DNA of 56,056 bases from a virus (lineage: Duplodnaviria > Caudoviricetes). Numbering within the stretch: the stretch's first letter is position 1; each line of letters begins with the position of its first letter. Of this stretch, positions 44,917 to 54,188 are shown one piece after another. Both the position numbers and the translations under genes were made by a program. Location of the stretch: positions 1 to 56,056 of IMG/VR virus record IMGVR_UViG_3300036845_000136; one strand, 5' to 3'. Under the pieces are notes generated by a model, which had not been told where the DNA came from, did no database searches, and worked only from the letters and a program-made list of their open reading frames with translations.

Positions 44917-45195
44917 ATGACGATCCATGCACGGCTGGACGCGGATGGCTTCGTGATCGAGGTGCAGCCACCGCATCCGCACGGTCATGAGTTCGAGGAG
45001 TGCTTTCCGCCTGAGACCTGCGCGCTGTTCGTCGATGCGCCGGACGAGGTCGAGATTGGCTGGAAGTTCGATGGCACCGACTGGCTTGAACCTGACGCCA
45101 GGAGCTTCTCCGAGATAGCATGGATCAGGAACCAGGAGCCGTGGTCGGCACCGCTGACCTTCCATGTGTATAAAGCCCCGCATCGCGAGGCGTAG
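44917..45195 (+). CDS. small partner of the glycine-rich protein
   Basis: EVEIGWKFDG..W..P pattern; 4 bp after the upstream stop. Confidence 0.6.
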   Translation: MTIHARLDADGFVIEVQPPHPHGHEFEECFPPETCALFVDAPDEVEIGWKFDGTDWLEPDARSFSEIAWIRNQEPWSAPLTFHVYKAPHREA

Positions 45196-45259
45196 CGCGT
45201 GGATACGCTGTTACTCGACATCGACTTTGATACGATGGCAGCGAGTATGATATAAAAGC

Positions 45260-45301
45260 GGGGCCGGACGGTGGTTGCACACCGCATCGGCCCCTGACCA
45301 C
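45260..45301 (+). promoter_or_regulatory. leader hairpin plus TGACCAC (copy C)
   Basis: GGGGCCG/CGGCCCC stem, inner GGTG-GTTGCA-CACC, then TGACCAC; TGATATAAAA upstream. Confidence 0.7.
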
Positions 45302-45323
45302 AACCGAACACGTGAGGTTCGCT

Positions 45324-45875
45324 ATGGCTGATACAGAGCTTACCGCCGATGAGGCGCGCCGTCTCCTGCGCTACGATCCGGAGACAGGTGAGTTCCGGTG
45401 GCGCGTTCGTAGGGGCAGCACGGCGCCGGTAGGCGGTCTTGCCGGAAGTCCGCACATCAAGGGCTATTGGACGATCAGGATCAATTACAAACTCTATCTG
45501 GCGCACCGCATTGCGTGGCTGATGATGACCGGATCATGGCCTGCGATACAGATAGATCACGAGAACTTGGATAAGTCAGACAATCGATGGGGGAATCTGC
45601 GCGAAGCCACAAGACATCAGCAGCGAGGCAATGTGCCAAAGGCGGCTCGCAACACCAGTGGTTTTAAGGGTGTTGCGTTCATTCAGTCTCGCGCCAATCC
45701 AAACAGAACCGAGCGTCGCGGTAACCGACCCGGCGCAGGATGCTGGGTCGCCTATATTGTAAAAGGCAGAAAGAAAGTAAACCTTGGCAGGTTTGAGACG
45801 GCGGAGGAAGCGCACGCGGCTTATCTTCGAGCAGCCAAAGATCACTTCGGAGCAGAATTTGCCAGGGGAGAATAG
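45324..45875 (+). CDS. HNH-AP2 homing endonuclease
   Basis: YDPETGEF.W, AHRIAW, IDHENLDKSDNRWGNLR, NTSGFKGV, LGRF.TAEEA..AY. Confidence 0.9.
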   Translation: MADTELTADEARRLLRYDPETGEFRWRVRRGSTAPVGGLAGSPHIKGYWTIRINYKLYLAHRIAWLMMTGSWPAIQIDHENLDKSDNRWGNLREATRHQQRGNVPKAARNTSGFKGVAFIQSRANPNRTERRGNRPGAGCWVAYIVKGRKKVNLGRFETAEEAHAAYLRAAKDHFGAEFARGE

Positions 45876-45877
45876 TC

Positions 45878-46291
45878 GTGCAGACACTTTTGTTGGACAC
45901 GGCTACATGGGATTTGACCAAGGATGCCTCTCGGAACATAGCGATAGCAAGTGAGCCATATAGTCAGGCACAAGACATTGCGAGTGCCTGTAGGCTGTTT
46001 CGTTCTGAGGCATGGTTCGACACCACGCGCGGCATTCCCTACTGGGAGCGCATCCTCGGCCACGCACCGCCGATCGGCGTCATCAAGTCGGCGCTGAACA
46101 CAGCGGCATTGACGGTCCCCGGCATTAACGCCGCGCAGAGCTTCATCGTGGTCAATCGGGATCGCACAGTGACGGGTCAGGTGCAAGCTAGCGCGTCCGG
46201 GTTTACAATCGCTGTGAATATATCGGTGCTGCCCTCTGGAAGTCCTTTCATTGTGGCAGTCAGTGCGATTGGAGGTAAGGATTTTGTCTAA
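45878..46291 (+). CDS. putative baseplate wedge / sheath-initiator protein
   Basis: TLLLD...WDL..DAS.NIA, AQD.ASA..LF..E.WFD...GIPY. Confidence 0.7.
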   Translation: MQTLLLDTATWDLTKDASRNIAIASEPYSQAQDIASACRLFRSEAWFDTTRGIPYWERILGHAPPIGVIKSALNTAALTVPGINAAQSFIVVNRDRTVTGQVQASASGFTIAVNISVLPSGSPFIVAVSAIGGKDFV

Positions 46292-46811
46292 ACTTCTGGC
46301 GGCGCGCCGGACGAATGAGTCGAAGGTCTCAGCGGAATTTGCGAAGGAACTACTGGAATATCAGCCGGAGAGTGGAGTCTTCTATTGGCGTGTAGATCGT
46401 GCCGCCGAAAGGCAAGGACAGATAGCAGGGTTCAGCAATGGGCGTTATTGGAATATCTGTATCAACTACGTGCATTATGCGGCTCACCGCCTTGCGTGGC
46501 TTATTGTGACCGGTGTGTGGCCAAAGGACGAGATCGATCACCGCAATCTGGATAAGCTGGACAATCGGTGGATCAATCTACGCGAAGCTACGCATTCCCA
46601 AAACGCACATAACGCGCGGAAGCGAAGCGACAACACCTCAGGCTTCAAAGGTGTGTCCTATGACAAGAGTCGTGGACGGTGGCGAGCTACCATCGAAAAG
46701 GATGGCGGGGGTCAGCGGTTTGTTGGCAGATTTCATACCGCTCAAGAGGCACATGCTGCGTATTTGCGTGCTGCGATAGAGCAGTTCGGGGAGTTCGCCC
46801 GAGGGGAGTAA
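46284..46811 (+). CDS. HNH-AP2 homing endonuclease
   Basis: TTG start after GGAGG; AHRLAW, IDHRNLDKLDNRW.NLR, NTSGFKGV, GRF.TAQEA..AY. Confidence 0.9.
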   Translation: MSKLLAARRTNESKVSAEFAKELLEYQPESGVFYWRVDRAAERQGQIAGFSNGRYWNICINYVHYAAHRLAWLIVTGVWPKDEIDHRNLDKLDNRWINLREATHSQNAHNARKRSDNTSGFKGVSYDKSRGRWRATIEKDGGGQRFVGRFHTAQEAHAAYLRAAIEQFGEFARGE

Positions 46812-46814
46812 TGT

Positions 46815-47201
46815 ATGTCCAACTCGCTGGCGATCTCAGGCGTCAACACGTCGCCGGGGTGGACGACGGGCAAGATTCCCTCGACCGATGAATGGAACTC
46901 GACCTACGTGGGCAAGGTCGATGCGCAATTCGGCTACGCGACCGAGCTTACGCTGACCGATGCGCAGGTGATCGGCACGCTGCTTCTGGCGCAGGACCCA
47001 GGCAGCCCGCTCGAGGCTGCAACCCGTCAGTACGTCGATGCGAAGGCCGCCGGTGGCGGCACTGTCACAGACCTCACTGTGACCGGCACCCTGACAGTCA
47101 CCGGCAAACTGGTGTTGGCCAATCTTCCGACCGACGCCTCGAAACTTACCCCTGGCAGTGGTGTGGTCTGGAACAACGGAGGTTTCCTGTGCGTCGCATA
47201 G
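46815..47201 (+). CDS. short fibre-adaptor-like protein
   Basis: N-terminal ~75 aa paralogous to the 49857 protein; ATRQYVD motif; ends VWNNGGFLCV. Confidence 0.7.
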   Translation: MSNSLAISGVNTSPGWTTGKIPSTDEWNSTYVGKVDAQFGYATELTLTDAQVIGTLLLAQDPGSPLEAATRQYVDAKAAGGGTVTDLTVTGTLTVTGKLVLANLPTDASKLTPGSGVVWNNGGFLCVA

Positions 47202-49843
47202 TCGCCGCTCTGGGTTTGCTTGCGCTGGTGTCCTCTCCAAGTGCTGCGCAGCTTCCGCCGCCAGCCCCGATTGGTGATGCCTCCAAGATGACGACCACGG
47301 CGACCGGCGGCAGTGCCGCGCGCGCCCTGTCTGCACGGGCCGCTGACTGGCTCAATCCAGCCGACTATGGCGCCATCATGGATGGCACCAGCCACCCGCT
47401 ATCGAGCGTCTACAACACGCTGGCAGCCGCACAGGCGGTGTGTCCCGAAGCGACTGCGCTGTCGCAAGAAACCGATTGGTGCGCCATGCAGGCCATCATC
47501 GACAAGGTGCAGGCGATGCCCGCCTTGGTGCCGACGTATAGCAACATATCCGGGGCGTCTGGCGCCAAGATACGCGTACCGAATCACGCGATGCTCTACA
47601 CTGGCGCCGACGCGCTCAATGCCAACAATATCTCGCTGACCGTCGCGGGAGATGATGGGCTTAGCAGCGGCGCAGTGGTCAAAGCCACGCCGTGGCTCAA
47701 CTACGGCCTGAACAATAAGATGGGTGTCGGTTCGGCAGTTGTGAGCGCCACCGGACTAGGCTACTCGGCTGCGGATCAGCTTACGCTGACCGGCCTCGGG
47801 GGCACCTGCGAAATATCACCGGTGATCAACGTGCTGACCGTCGGAAGCTCGGGCGAGATACTGTCCACCAACATCGCCACGCCAGGGTCGTGTTCGGTGC
47901 CGCCGCCGAACCCGCAGGCTTACACGACGTTAAGTCCCGGCTTTGGTGCGACCATCAACGCCACGTTCACCGCAGGCGTGCTGACGGCGTCATCGTTCGC
48001 TGGAACCGGCTCTGGATGCGTCGTCGGCGAGACGCTGACCGCGACCGGCGGCAGTACACCGGGCGGCAGTCCAACGTCAGCAACGCTGACTGTCACCAAG
48101 GTCACTGGCGGGGCCGTGCAGAGCGGTGGCGTGACAATCGCCACTGGCGGTTCCTACGGCACGCCACCCATCAATCCGGTATCTTTCACCGGGTCCGCTG
48201 CGTGCAGTGGGGCAACGTTCAACCTCGGCAAATTCAGCAACAATGGCGGCCGGTTGACGATGGACAACCTCCACTTCGTCGCTGGGGCGCCGCACGTCGC
48301 GATCGCCAAGGCGCAGTTCAATCTCACGTCCAATTCCACGATGATCAATAACGTAACATACAATTACGTCCAGGGGGTGGGCTATTGGGGTTGGCTGTTC
48401 GATCTCATGTCGGTGAGCAACGGCATCTTCAATAACGTCGACGGCAACAACGACCTTGCTCACATCAATGACGGCACGACCGGGGCGATGTTTACCATCC
48501 GTGAACAGAACAACCTGTTCGGTCACTACGAGCATCGGTGGACACGAATCAACGCGACTGCATTCTATCTCGGCGCGATCGATTATCTGGCGACCGATGA
48601 AGCGTTCTATCAAGGGCTGTATTTCGATCGAATCGGCTGCGGCCTCGGCGCCATGTGCCTGAATATGGAAAATGCAGGACACCACGCTTACGGCAACATT
48701 ATGATCCAGAACTTCTATTCGACACAAACCGCGCAACAGCTAGCGATCAACATCGGGCTTTCAGTCTACATTAGCCATAGCGCCTTTGGCACCGGCACCA
48801 ATCGTCTAGCGACTCAGCCACCGAGCGCCGATGGCGTGCTGCTCAACAATGTAAATCAGGCAATCATCACTGATAACGTCTGTGGCGCTGGATTGGCGGT
48901 GATTCCGACATTCAACTGTTTTCATATCGCTGGAACGTCTGCGTTCAATGTGTTGCAAAATAATACCATCACGAACGCGGCCAGGGTGCCAAACTTCACC
49001 GGCTATCTGTTCGACGCAGGTACAAGCAACAACACGCAGCAGGATGCCTTCCGCACCGCCCCCGCCAGGGTGACCTACGCAACCGATAACGGTGTGAATA
49101 ATTACACGCAAAACAATCCGACGATGAATGCGACCGGGTCTGGTTCGGTGACGCTGGGAAACTCTAACGGCCCTGGCTTGCAGGTGACGAACAATCCGGC
49201 TGTGCCGCGTTATTTACCAAGCACGAGGTCCGGAGGTGCTGGGCAGGGAGCGTTTTACTCCGCTGTGGGTCTCGACAATTTCACACAGCCCACCAGCGCG
49301 GACGCGATTGCCGGATCGACCACAATCAGCATGGTCAACACGATCGGACTGATTAACGGTCTGCTGGTGACTGGCAGTCCGTTCTTGCCGACGCCGACCT
49401 TGATCGCGTCGACCACATCGAACTCGATCACGATCAACACAGCCACGAGTGGCGGCACAATCCCGTCGGGAACCGTCCTAACGTTCTCCGATTATTCCAC
49501 CGACATTAACCTGCAAGCTGGCGGCACGGGCGCGGTGATCACCAACGGCGCCAAGGGCGCTACGTGCGTGAACCACGCGCTCGTCGCGGCCGAGGTGTAT
49601 ACTATTCCAGATGGCACTGGTTGCGTGTTTCTGAATAACGTCTTGGTCGCCTCTGCCACTATCATCATGCCGCTAAACGCGCGTCCGAACCAGGACATCG
49701 AGATGACTTTTTTCGGCGGCGTCACCACGCTTACCGTGCAAGCCAATACCGGCCAAACGATGGGGGGCGGTGTGCCGACGACCGCGACATCGGCCACGCC
49801 GTTCCGCTGGCGCCTGCTCAGTGGTCGCTGGCAGCGGATGTAA
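47189..49843 (+). CDS. tailspike-like beta-helix protein with apparent N-terminal signal peptide
   Basis: GTG at 47189 after GGAGG; MRRIVAALGLLALVSSPSAAQ; WLNPADYGA..DG..DW.AMQAIID cap; Asn/Thr-rich beta repeats. Confidence 0.7.
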   Translation: MRRIVAALGLLALVSSPSAAQLPPPAPIGDASKMTTTATGGSAARALSARAADWLNPADYGAIMDGTSHPLSSVYNTLAAAQAVCPEATALSQETDWCAMQAIIDKVQAMPALVPTYSNISGASGAKIRVPNHAMLYTGADALNANNISLTVAGDDGLSSGAVVKATPWLNYGLNNKMGVGSAVVSATGLGYSAADQLTLTGLGGTCEISPVINVLTVGSSGEILSTNIATPGSCSVPPPNPQAYTTLSPGFGATINATFTAGVLTASSFAGTGSGCVVGETLTATGGSTPGGSPTSATLTVTKVTGGAVQSGGVTIATGGSYGTPPINPVSFTGSAACSGATFNLGKFSNNGGRLTMDNLHFVAGAPHVAIAKAQFNLTSNSTMINNVTYNYVQGVGYWGWLFDLMSVSNGIFNNVDGNNDLAHINDGTTGAMFTIREQNNLFGHYEHRWTRINATAFYLGAIDYLATDEAFYQGLYFDRIGCGLGAMCLNMENAGHHAYGNIMIQNFYSTQTAQQLAINIGLSVYISHSAFGTGTNRLATQPPSADGVLLNNVNQAIITDNVCGAGLAVIPTFNCFHIAGTSAFNVLQNNTITNAARVPNFTGYLFDAGTSNNTQQDAFRTAPARVTYATDNGVNNYTQNNPTMNATGSGSVTLGNSNGPGLQVTNNPAVPRYLPSTRSGGAGQGAFYSAVGLDNFTQPTSADAIAGSTTISMVNTIGLINGLLVTGSPFLPTPTLIASTTSNSITINTATSGGTIPSGTVLTFSDYSTDINLQAGGTGAVITNGAKGATCVNHALVAAEVYTIPDGTGCVFLNNVLVASATIIMPLNARPNQDIEMTFFGGVTTLTVQANTGQTMGGGVPTTATSATPFRWRLLSGRWQRM

Positions 49844-49856
49844 GGGAGACCGCGCG

Positions 49857-52802
49857 ATGTCGATGGAGGAGATCGCGAAGGCTCGCATGGCGCCACCGAG
49901 GCCGCGCCGACCGCCGCCGCGGACAACGCTGACCAAAATGCTGCGCAACACCGAGGTGCCGACCTTCACCGATGCGCCGCCACCGCCGCCGCAGCTTCGC
50001 ATATCCGGCGTCAATACATCCCCGGGCTGGGTCACGGGCTATGTGCCGACGACGGACCAGTGGAACGCCGCGTACGTCGATAAGGTCGATGCGCAGAACG
50101 GCTTCGCGACTGATCTGACACTGACCGACTCTGTCGTTATCGGCAGCCTGACACTGGCGCGCGACCCGGCTCAACCGCTTGAAGCCACGAGCAAGCAATA
50201 TGTCGATGCGGCGACCGCGCTCAACCTGCCCAAGACTGGCGGCACGATGAGCGGGCCGCTCGTACTGGCCGCAGACCCAACTGCCGCACTGCAACCCACG
50301 AGTAAGCAATATGTCGATGCGGCGATCAGTACGCTGGTGAGCGGCCTCACGTACAAAGGATCGTGGAATGCGGCGACCAACACCCCGACACTGACCTCCG
50401 GCGTCGGCACGCAGGGAGATGTGTGGATTGTCGGAACCGCCGGCACCACAACGCTCGACGGCAATTCGGTGTGGTCCGTTGCTGATGAGGCTCTGTTCTC
50501 CGGTGGCGTCTGGAAGCGCATACCGCTGTCGAGCGCCTACGGCACGATGGCGGTGCAGAACGCGAGTGCAGTTGCCATCACTGGCGGCACGGCAACATTG
50601 TCAACGGTCGGCATTGTCGGCGGAGCAACCATCTTTGCGCCGGTCGGTACGACCGATGATGCTTATTTTTCTGATGTTGATGGTGGTGTGTGGGCAAAGT
50701 TCCTCACCTCGACGGCGGGTTGGCAGCTTAAAGTGCCGCTCACTGCGCCAACCGGCACTTTCACGACGCTGAATGCGAGTGCGATCACTGGTGGCGGCAC
50801 GGCATTGTCAACGGTCGGCATTGTCGGCGGAGCGACCATCGTTGCGCCGGTCGGTCCCGATGATGCTTATTTTTCTGATGTTGATGGTGGTGTGTGGGCA
50901 AAGTTCCTCACCTCGACGGCGGGTTGGCAGCTTAATTTGCCGCTCACTGCGCCAACCGGCACATTCACGACGCTGAATGTCGCTTCGTTTTCGCCGGTGA
51001 CGTTGCCGCTCAAGATCGGCTCGACCCTTGATACGACGATATACGCGACTTCGACGCCGTACAGCACACAGCCGTTGGTGGTTTTTCTAGATCCTGACGG
51101 CGCTGTCATGAACAGAGTCGATCCGACGACGGGGGAATGGGCGCATCAAAAAGCGACTGGCATTCCCGCTGCGCTGATCAACGCTGGCCGCTACCGCACG
51201 CGATTGACTGCCAAGCCGATCACATGGTTCACCACCGTGGTCAACTCCACCGCGAATACGACTTATGCTGCGATTTTCACCACCGAAGGCCAGCCATCGT
51301 CAGTTCGGTTCATCGTGCCATCAGCCCAATCGGCGGCGACCATCCAGATGGCATATGCCTTTGCTGACACGGTAGGCGATGGGATCAACCCGACGATAGG
51401 CGGAAAGGCTGCGCAGTGGACGACTGTTACATGGCTCAACGCCGGGCTGGATGTTGACTATATTTCACAGTTGGCAGCTTTCAATTTGGCCAACTTGGTG
51501 GCGCCCACCACCTTCGCGCTGCCCACGGCCGATCCCATCAACTATGGCACCTTCAATCCTCGCCAGATATTCCACCACTATCTCTCGGATTGGATGCCAG
51601 GAGTGGCGCCGCTGCGCGTGGATGGCGGCAGCGGCGCATCGCTCGTTTTCGTGCGGCTATATGTGACGACCGGCACACTTCAATTGGCAGTTAACACCGG
51701 CGATGTATCAGGGGCCTACGACTCGTTTCTGTTCGGCCGCACGCTGCAATCTTTCAGTCAGGTCACTGATGGTGTCACAACGCCGGCCAATTTCACCAGC
51801 ACGACCCGAGTTGGAAATTGGGCCTGTCACGGCCTGCAATATGAAAGCCTGAACCGAGGCATCGCTATCATGGACGGTGGTGACAGCACTTCGGCAGGCA
51901 CCGGGTCTGACTACGGGATATGGGGCGTGTGGCGCAAAGTTGCTATGGCGCTGTCCACGCCCGCCAATCCAGTCGAACTGGCAATCTTCGCACAGCCGGC
52001 ATCCGATTTTTACACGTATGTGGTCCAGTATGGACAGTCAGTCGATTGGGTGAAGCCCACGGTGGCCTACTTACAGGCTTGGTCGCGCAATAGCTGGAAA
52101 TTGACAACGCTTGTAACGGGAGTGCCCGCCAGCAATGGACACTCCGATGTGCTACAGATTTTGATCGGTGGCACGATCACTCCAGGTAACATTGTTTCTA
52201 CCACCATCACGGATACCAACGTCGCCGGCTCGCCTCTCACCGTGAGCTATACAGTTCAAGCCGGCGACACTCTGTCATCCGTGGCGACCAATTTTGCCGC
52301 TGCCATTCAAGCCACCACCGTACTGTTTAATGCAGGATATCGTGCTTTCAGCAACGGTTTGTGGACAAACGTGGCGTTCCCATCGGTGCTGCCGTCGGGC
52401 GGCACTGCGACGGCCAACGGTACGCTGACTGCGACCGGGTATTTCGATTATCTTTACATCACGCAGCAAATCGCCGATATGTCGCTGTCAGCAGCAATGT
52501 CCATCTTTGGCAGAGTGGAGTCGTATGGCGGCGTGTCGTTCATCGCAACGCTCTACGGCGATATCGGTATGACGCTGCAAACTGATGCGACGCGGCAGAA
52601 GGTCAACGCGGCGATCCGCGCGATGAGCCGTGCAGTTGTCATAGATTATGACTCGGTGTTGAGCGGGGCAACAGGGCCGGCGGGCGCGCCACAAATCCCC
52701 TCACCGTCGCTGAGTGCTGATGGTGTCCACCCCAATAATGCAGGTTACGTGATTGAGGCGAACTTGTTGAGCCCGCTGTTGAAGCAGGTCTACGGGCTGT
52801 AA
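49857..52802 (+). CDS. tail fibre/spike with C-terminal SGNH/GDSL esterase domain
   Basis: TSKQYVD repeats, YKGSWNAATNTPTL domain, GGDSTSAG block I and DGVHPN block V. Confidence 0.75.
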   Translation: MSMEEIAKARMAPPRPRRPPPRTTLTKMLRNTEVPTFTDAPPPPPQLRISGVNTSPGWVTGYVPTTDQWNAAYVDKVDAQNGFATDLTLTDSVVIGSLTLARDPAQPLEATSKQYVDAATALNLPKTGGTMSGPLVLAADPTAALQPTSKQYVDAAISTLVSGLTYKGSWNAATNTPTLTSGVGTQGDVWIVGTAGTTTLDGNSVWSVADEALFSGGVWKRIPLSSAYGTMAVQNASAVAITGGTATLSTVGIVGGATIFAPVGTTDDAYFSDVDGGVWAKFLTSTAGWQLKVPLTAPTGTFTTLNASAITGGGTALSTVGIVGGATIVAPVGPDDAYFSDVDGGVWAKFLTSTAGWQLNLPLTAPTGTFTTLNVASFSPVTLPLKIGSTLDTTIYATSTPYSTQPLVVFLDPDGAVMNRVDPTTGEWAHQKATGIPAALINAGRYRTRLTAKPITWFTTVVNSTANTTYAAIFTTEGQPSSVRFIVPSAQSAATIQMAYAFADTVGDGINPTIGGKAAQWTTVTWLNAGLDVDYISQLAAFNLANLVAPTTFALPTADPINYGTFNPRQIFHHYLSDWMPGVAPLRVDGGSGASLVFVRLYVTTGTLQLAVNTGDVSGAYDSFLFGRTLQSFSQVTDGVTTPANFTSTTRVGNWACHGLQYESLNRGIAIMDGGDSTSAGTGSDYGIWGVWRKVAMALSTPANPVELAIFAQPASDFYTYVVQYGQSVDWVKPTVAYLQAWSRNSWKLTTLVTGVPASNGHSDVLQILIGGTITPGNIVSTTITDTNVAGSPLTVSYTVQAGDTLSSVATNFAAAIQATTVLFNAGYRAFSNGLWTNVAFPSVLPSGGTATANGTLTATGYFDYLYITQQIADMSLSAAMSIFGRVESYGGVSFIATLYGDIGMTLQTDATRQKVNAAIRAMSRAVVIDYDSVLSGATGPAGAPQIPSPSLSADGVHPNNAGYVIEANLLSPLLKQVYGL
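50596..50979 (+). repeat. near-identical in-frame tandem duplication of about 180 bp
   Basis: 50596-50775 vs 50803-50979; both encode LSTVGIVGGATI...DDAYFSDVDGGVWAKFLTSTAGWQL..PLTAPTGTFTTLN. Confidence 0.95.
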
Positions 52803-52817
52803 TAAAGGGATCAAAAG

Positions 52818-53603
52818 ATGCCCACAGCTTTCCTATTCAATAACGCTGACGCCACTGCGTACGCTGACGAATACATATTGCCGGGCACCCTTCCGACAGG
52901 GCTCGTTGCGCTATATTTATTCGATCGCGGCGCTACCCGGAGCGCGACTAACCTTGCGACGGGCGGTCTGCAAGGCGCCGCGTTCGTCGGCACGCCGACG
53001 ATAAACTCTGACGGTACCATGACATTCTCTGGCGGCACCACGTACCTCCAGACGCCGATCATGCAAACCGTCGAGTTAACGGTCATGTTGGTGGCGTATT
53101 CGCTGGCGCCGCTGGCCGGCGAGGCAACCCAACTATTTGCTTGCACCGGAGGCGATCCAAACCGAATTCCGCCCAACACATCGGCCGGCATTCAGTTCAC
53201 CAACAACACCGCGTCCACGGCGCCTGATGGAAAGCTGACAGCTTCAACCTATTGGGGACCGACTGGCGGACCATCCTCACTGGTTGTCACCCTTCCGTTG
53301 GATATTCCACAGTGGCGCACACCAAGTTTGCTGTGGGTCACGGCCGGTTCGACCGAGGAACGAACGGTGGCGGGCAGTCAGACGCTCGGCACGTCTGCGG
53401 TGTCCGCGCTGCAAAGCCAGCCTCTATATGTGAACACGACGTTGTCATTCCGCGTGGGTGCGTCGTGGACTGGATCATCGGCTGGCCAGAGTAACCAGGC
53501 ATGTTGGGCCTACTGGAACCGCGTGCTTACATCCGCCGAACGGGCAGCTTTCCAGGCGTGGATCAGCGCGCGGCTGCTGCGCCGGCATGGCTACGTCGTC
53601 TAA
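52818..53603 (+). CDS. ConA/LamG-like lectin-fold protein
   Basis: GLVALYLFD...NL, F.G...Y..T, FRVG...AYWNRVLT.AE. Confidence 0.6.
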   Translation: MPTAFLFNNADATAYADEYILPGTLPTGLVALYLFDRGATRSATNLATGGLQGAAFVGTPTINSDGTMTFSGGTTYLQTPIMQTVELTVMLVAYSLAPLAGEATQLFACTGGDPNRIPPNTSAGIQFTNNTASTAPDGKLTASTYWGPTGGPSSLVVTLPLDIPQWRTPSLLWVTAGSTEERTVAGSQTLGTSAVSALQSQPLYVNTTLSFRVGASWTGSSAGQSNQACWAYWNRVLTSAERAAFQAWISARLLRRHGYVV

Positions 53604-53633
53604 AGGCTGATGCGCGGGAAGAAAGGATGAGGC

Positions 53634-53879
53634 ATGTCAGAGAGCCGACAACAAACGATTGATCCCAATCTGACGGTGCCGCTCACGCTCGCTGCGGCCG
53701 AGTGGGACGTGATCCTACGCGCGCTCGATGAGATACCGATGCCGAAGCGCATTTCAGCCCCGCTCGCCGCTAAGATTTTCGCCGCAGTGACCGAGGCGTC
53801 GCAAGCGGTTGAAACGGTTGTCGAGCACCTGCGCGGACGCGATCTGCCGTCATCGCTGCGCGGTGACGTCGGCAGGTGA
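53634..53879 (+). CDS. hypothetical protein
   Basis: 81 aa, GAGG SD. Confidence 0.55.
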   Translation: MSESRQQTIDPNLTVPLTLAAAEWDVILRALDEIPMPKRISAPLAAKIFAAVTEASQAVETVVEHLRGRDLPSSLRGDVGR

Positions 53880-53883
53880 TTAT

Positions 53884-54102
53884 GTGGCCGATGATCCAAA
53901 GCCGCCGTTTGATCCAGTGTGGGGCGCATGGATTCTAATCCTCGCCATGATCTTCGTCGTCGTGCTGGGTCAGGTGTTGATATTCATCGGATGCATCGCT
54001 GGTGCTCAGACCATGTGCGAGCGCAACACCGGCAACCTCAGCCAGATCGCGATGGAGATATTAACCGCCGTGGCGATCCTGATCTCGGTCAAGAGACCCT
54101 GA
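53884..54102 (+). CDS. small two-helix membrane protein (holin-like by size and position only)
   Basis: GAWILILAMIFVVVLGQVLIFIGCIAG and EILTAVAILISV hydrophobic segments. Confidence 0.5.
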   Translation: MADDPKPPFDPVWGAWILILAMIFVVVLGQVLIFIGCIAGAQTMCERNTGNLSQIAMEILTAVAILISVKRP

Positions 54103-54188
54103 TCGTCACACAACCTCGCTAGCCGTGCCTGAAGGTGTGCTGTATGCACGCATCATCGAAGCCACCATTCAATGGAGGAACGCCCATC

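Noticed and set aside
46892-47188. N-terminal 99 aa of the 983-aa track ORF
   Set aside because: Overlaps the 46815-47201 gene in another frame and is not protein-like; the SD supports a start at 47189.
50596-50979. Possible diversity-generating retroelement TR/VR pair
   Set aside because: Both copies are adjacent and in frame within one gene, differences include an indel and non-adenine changes, and no reverse transcriptase is present in the window.
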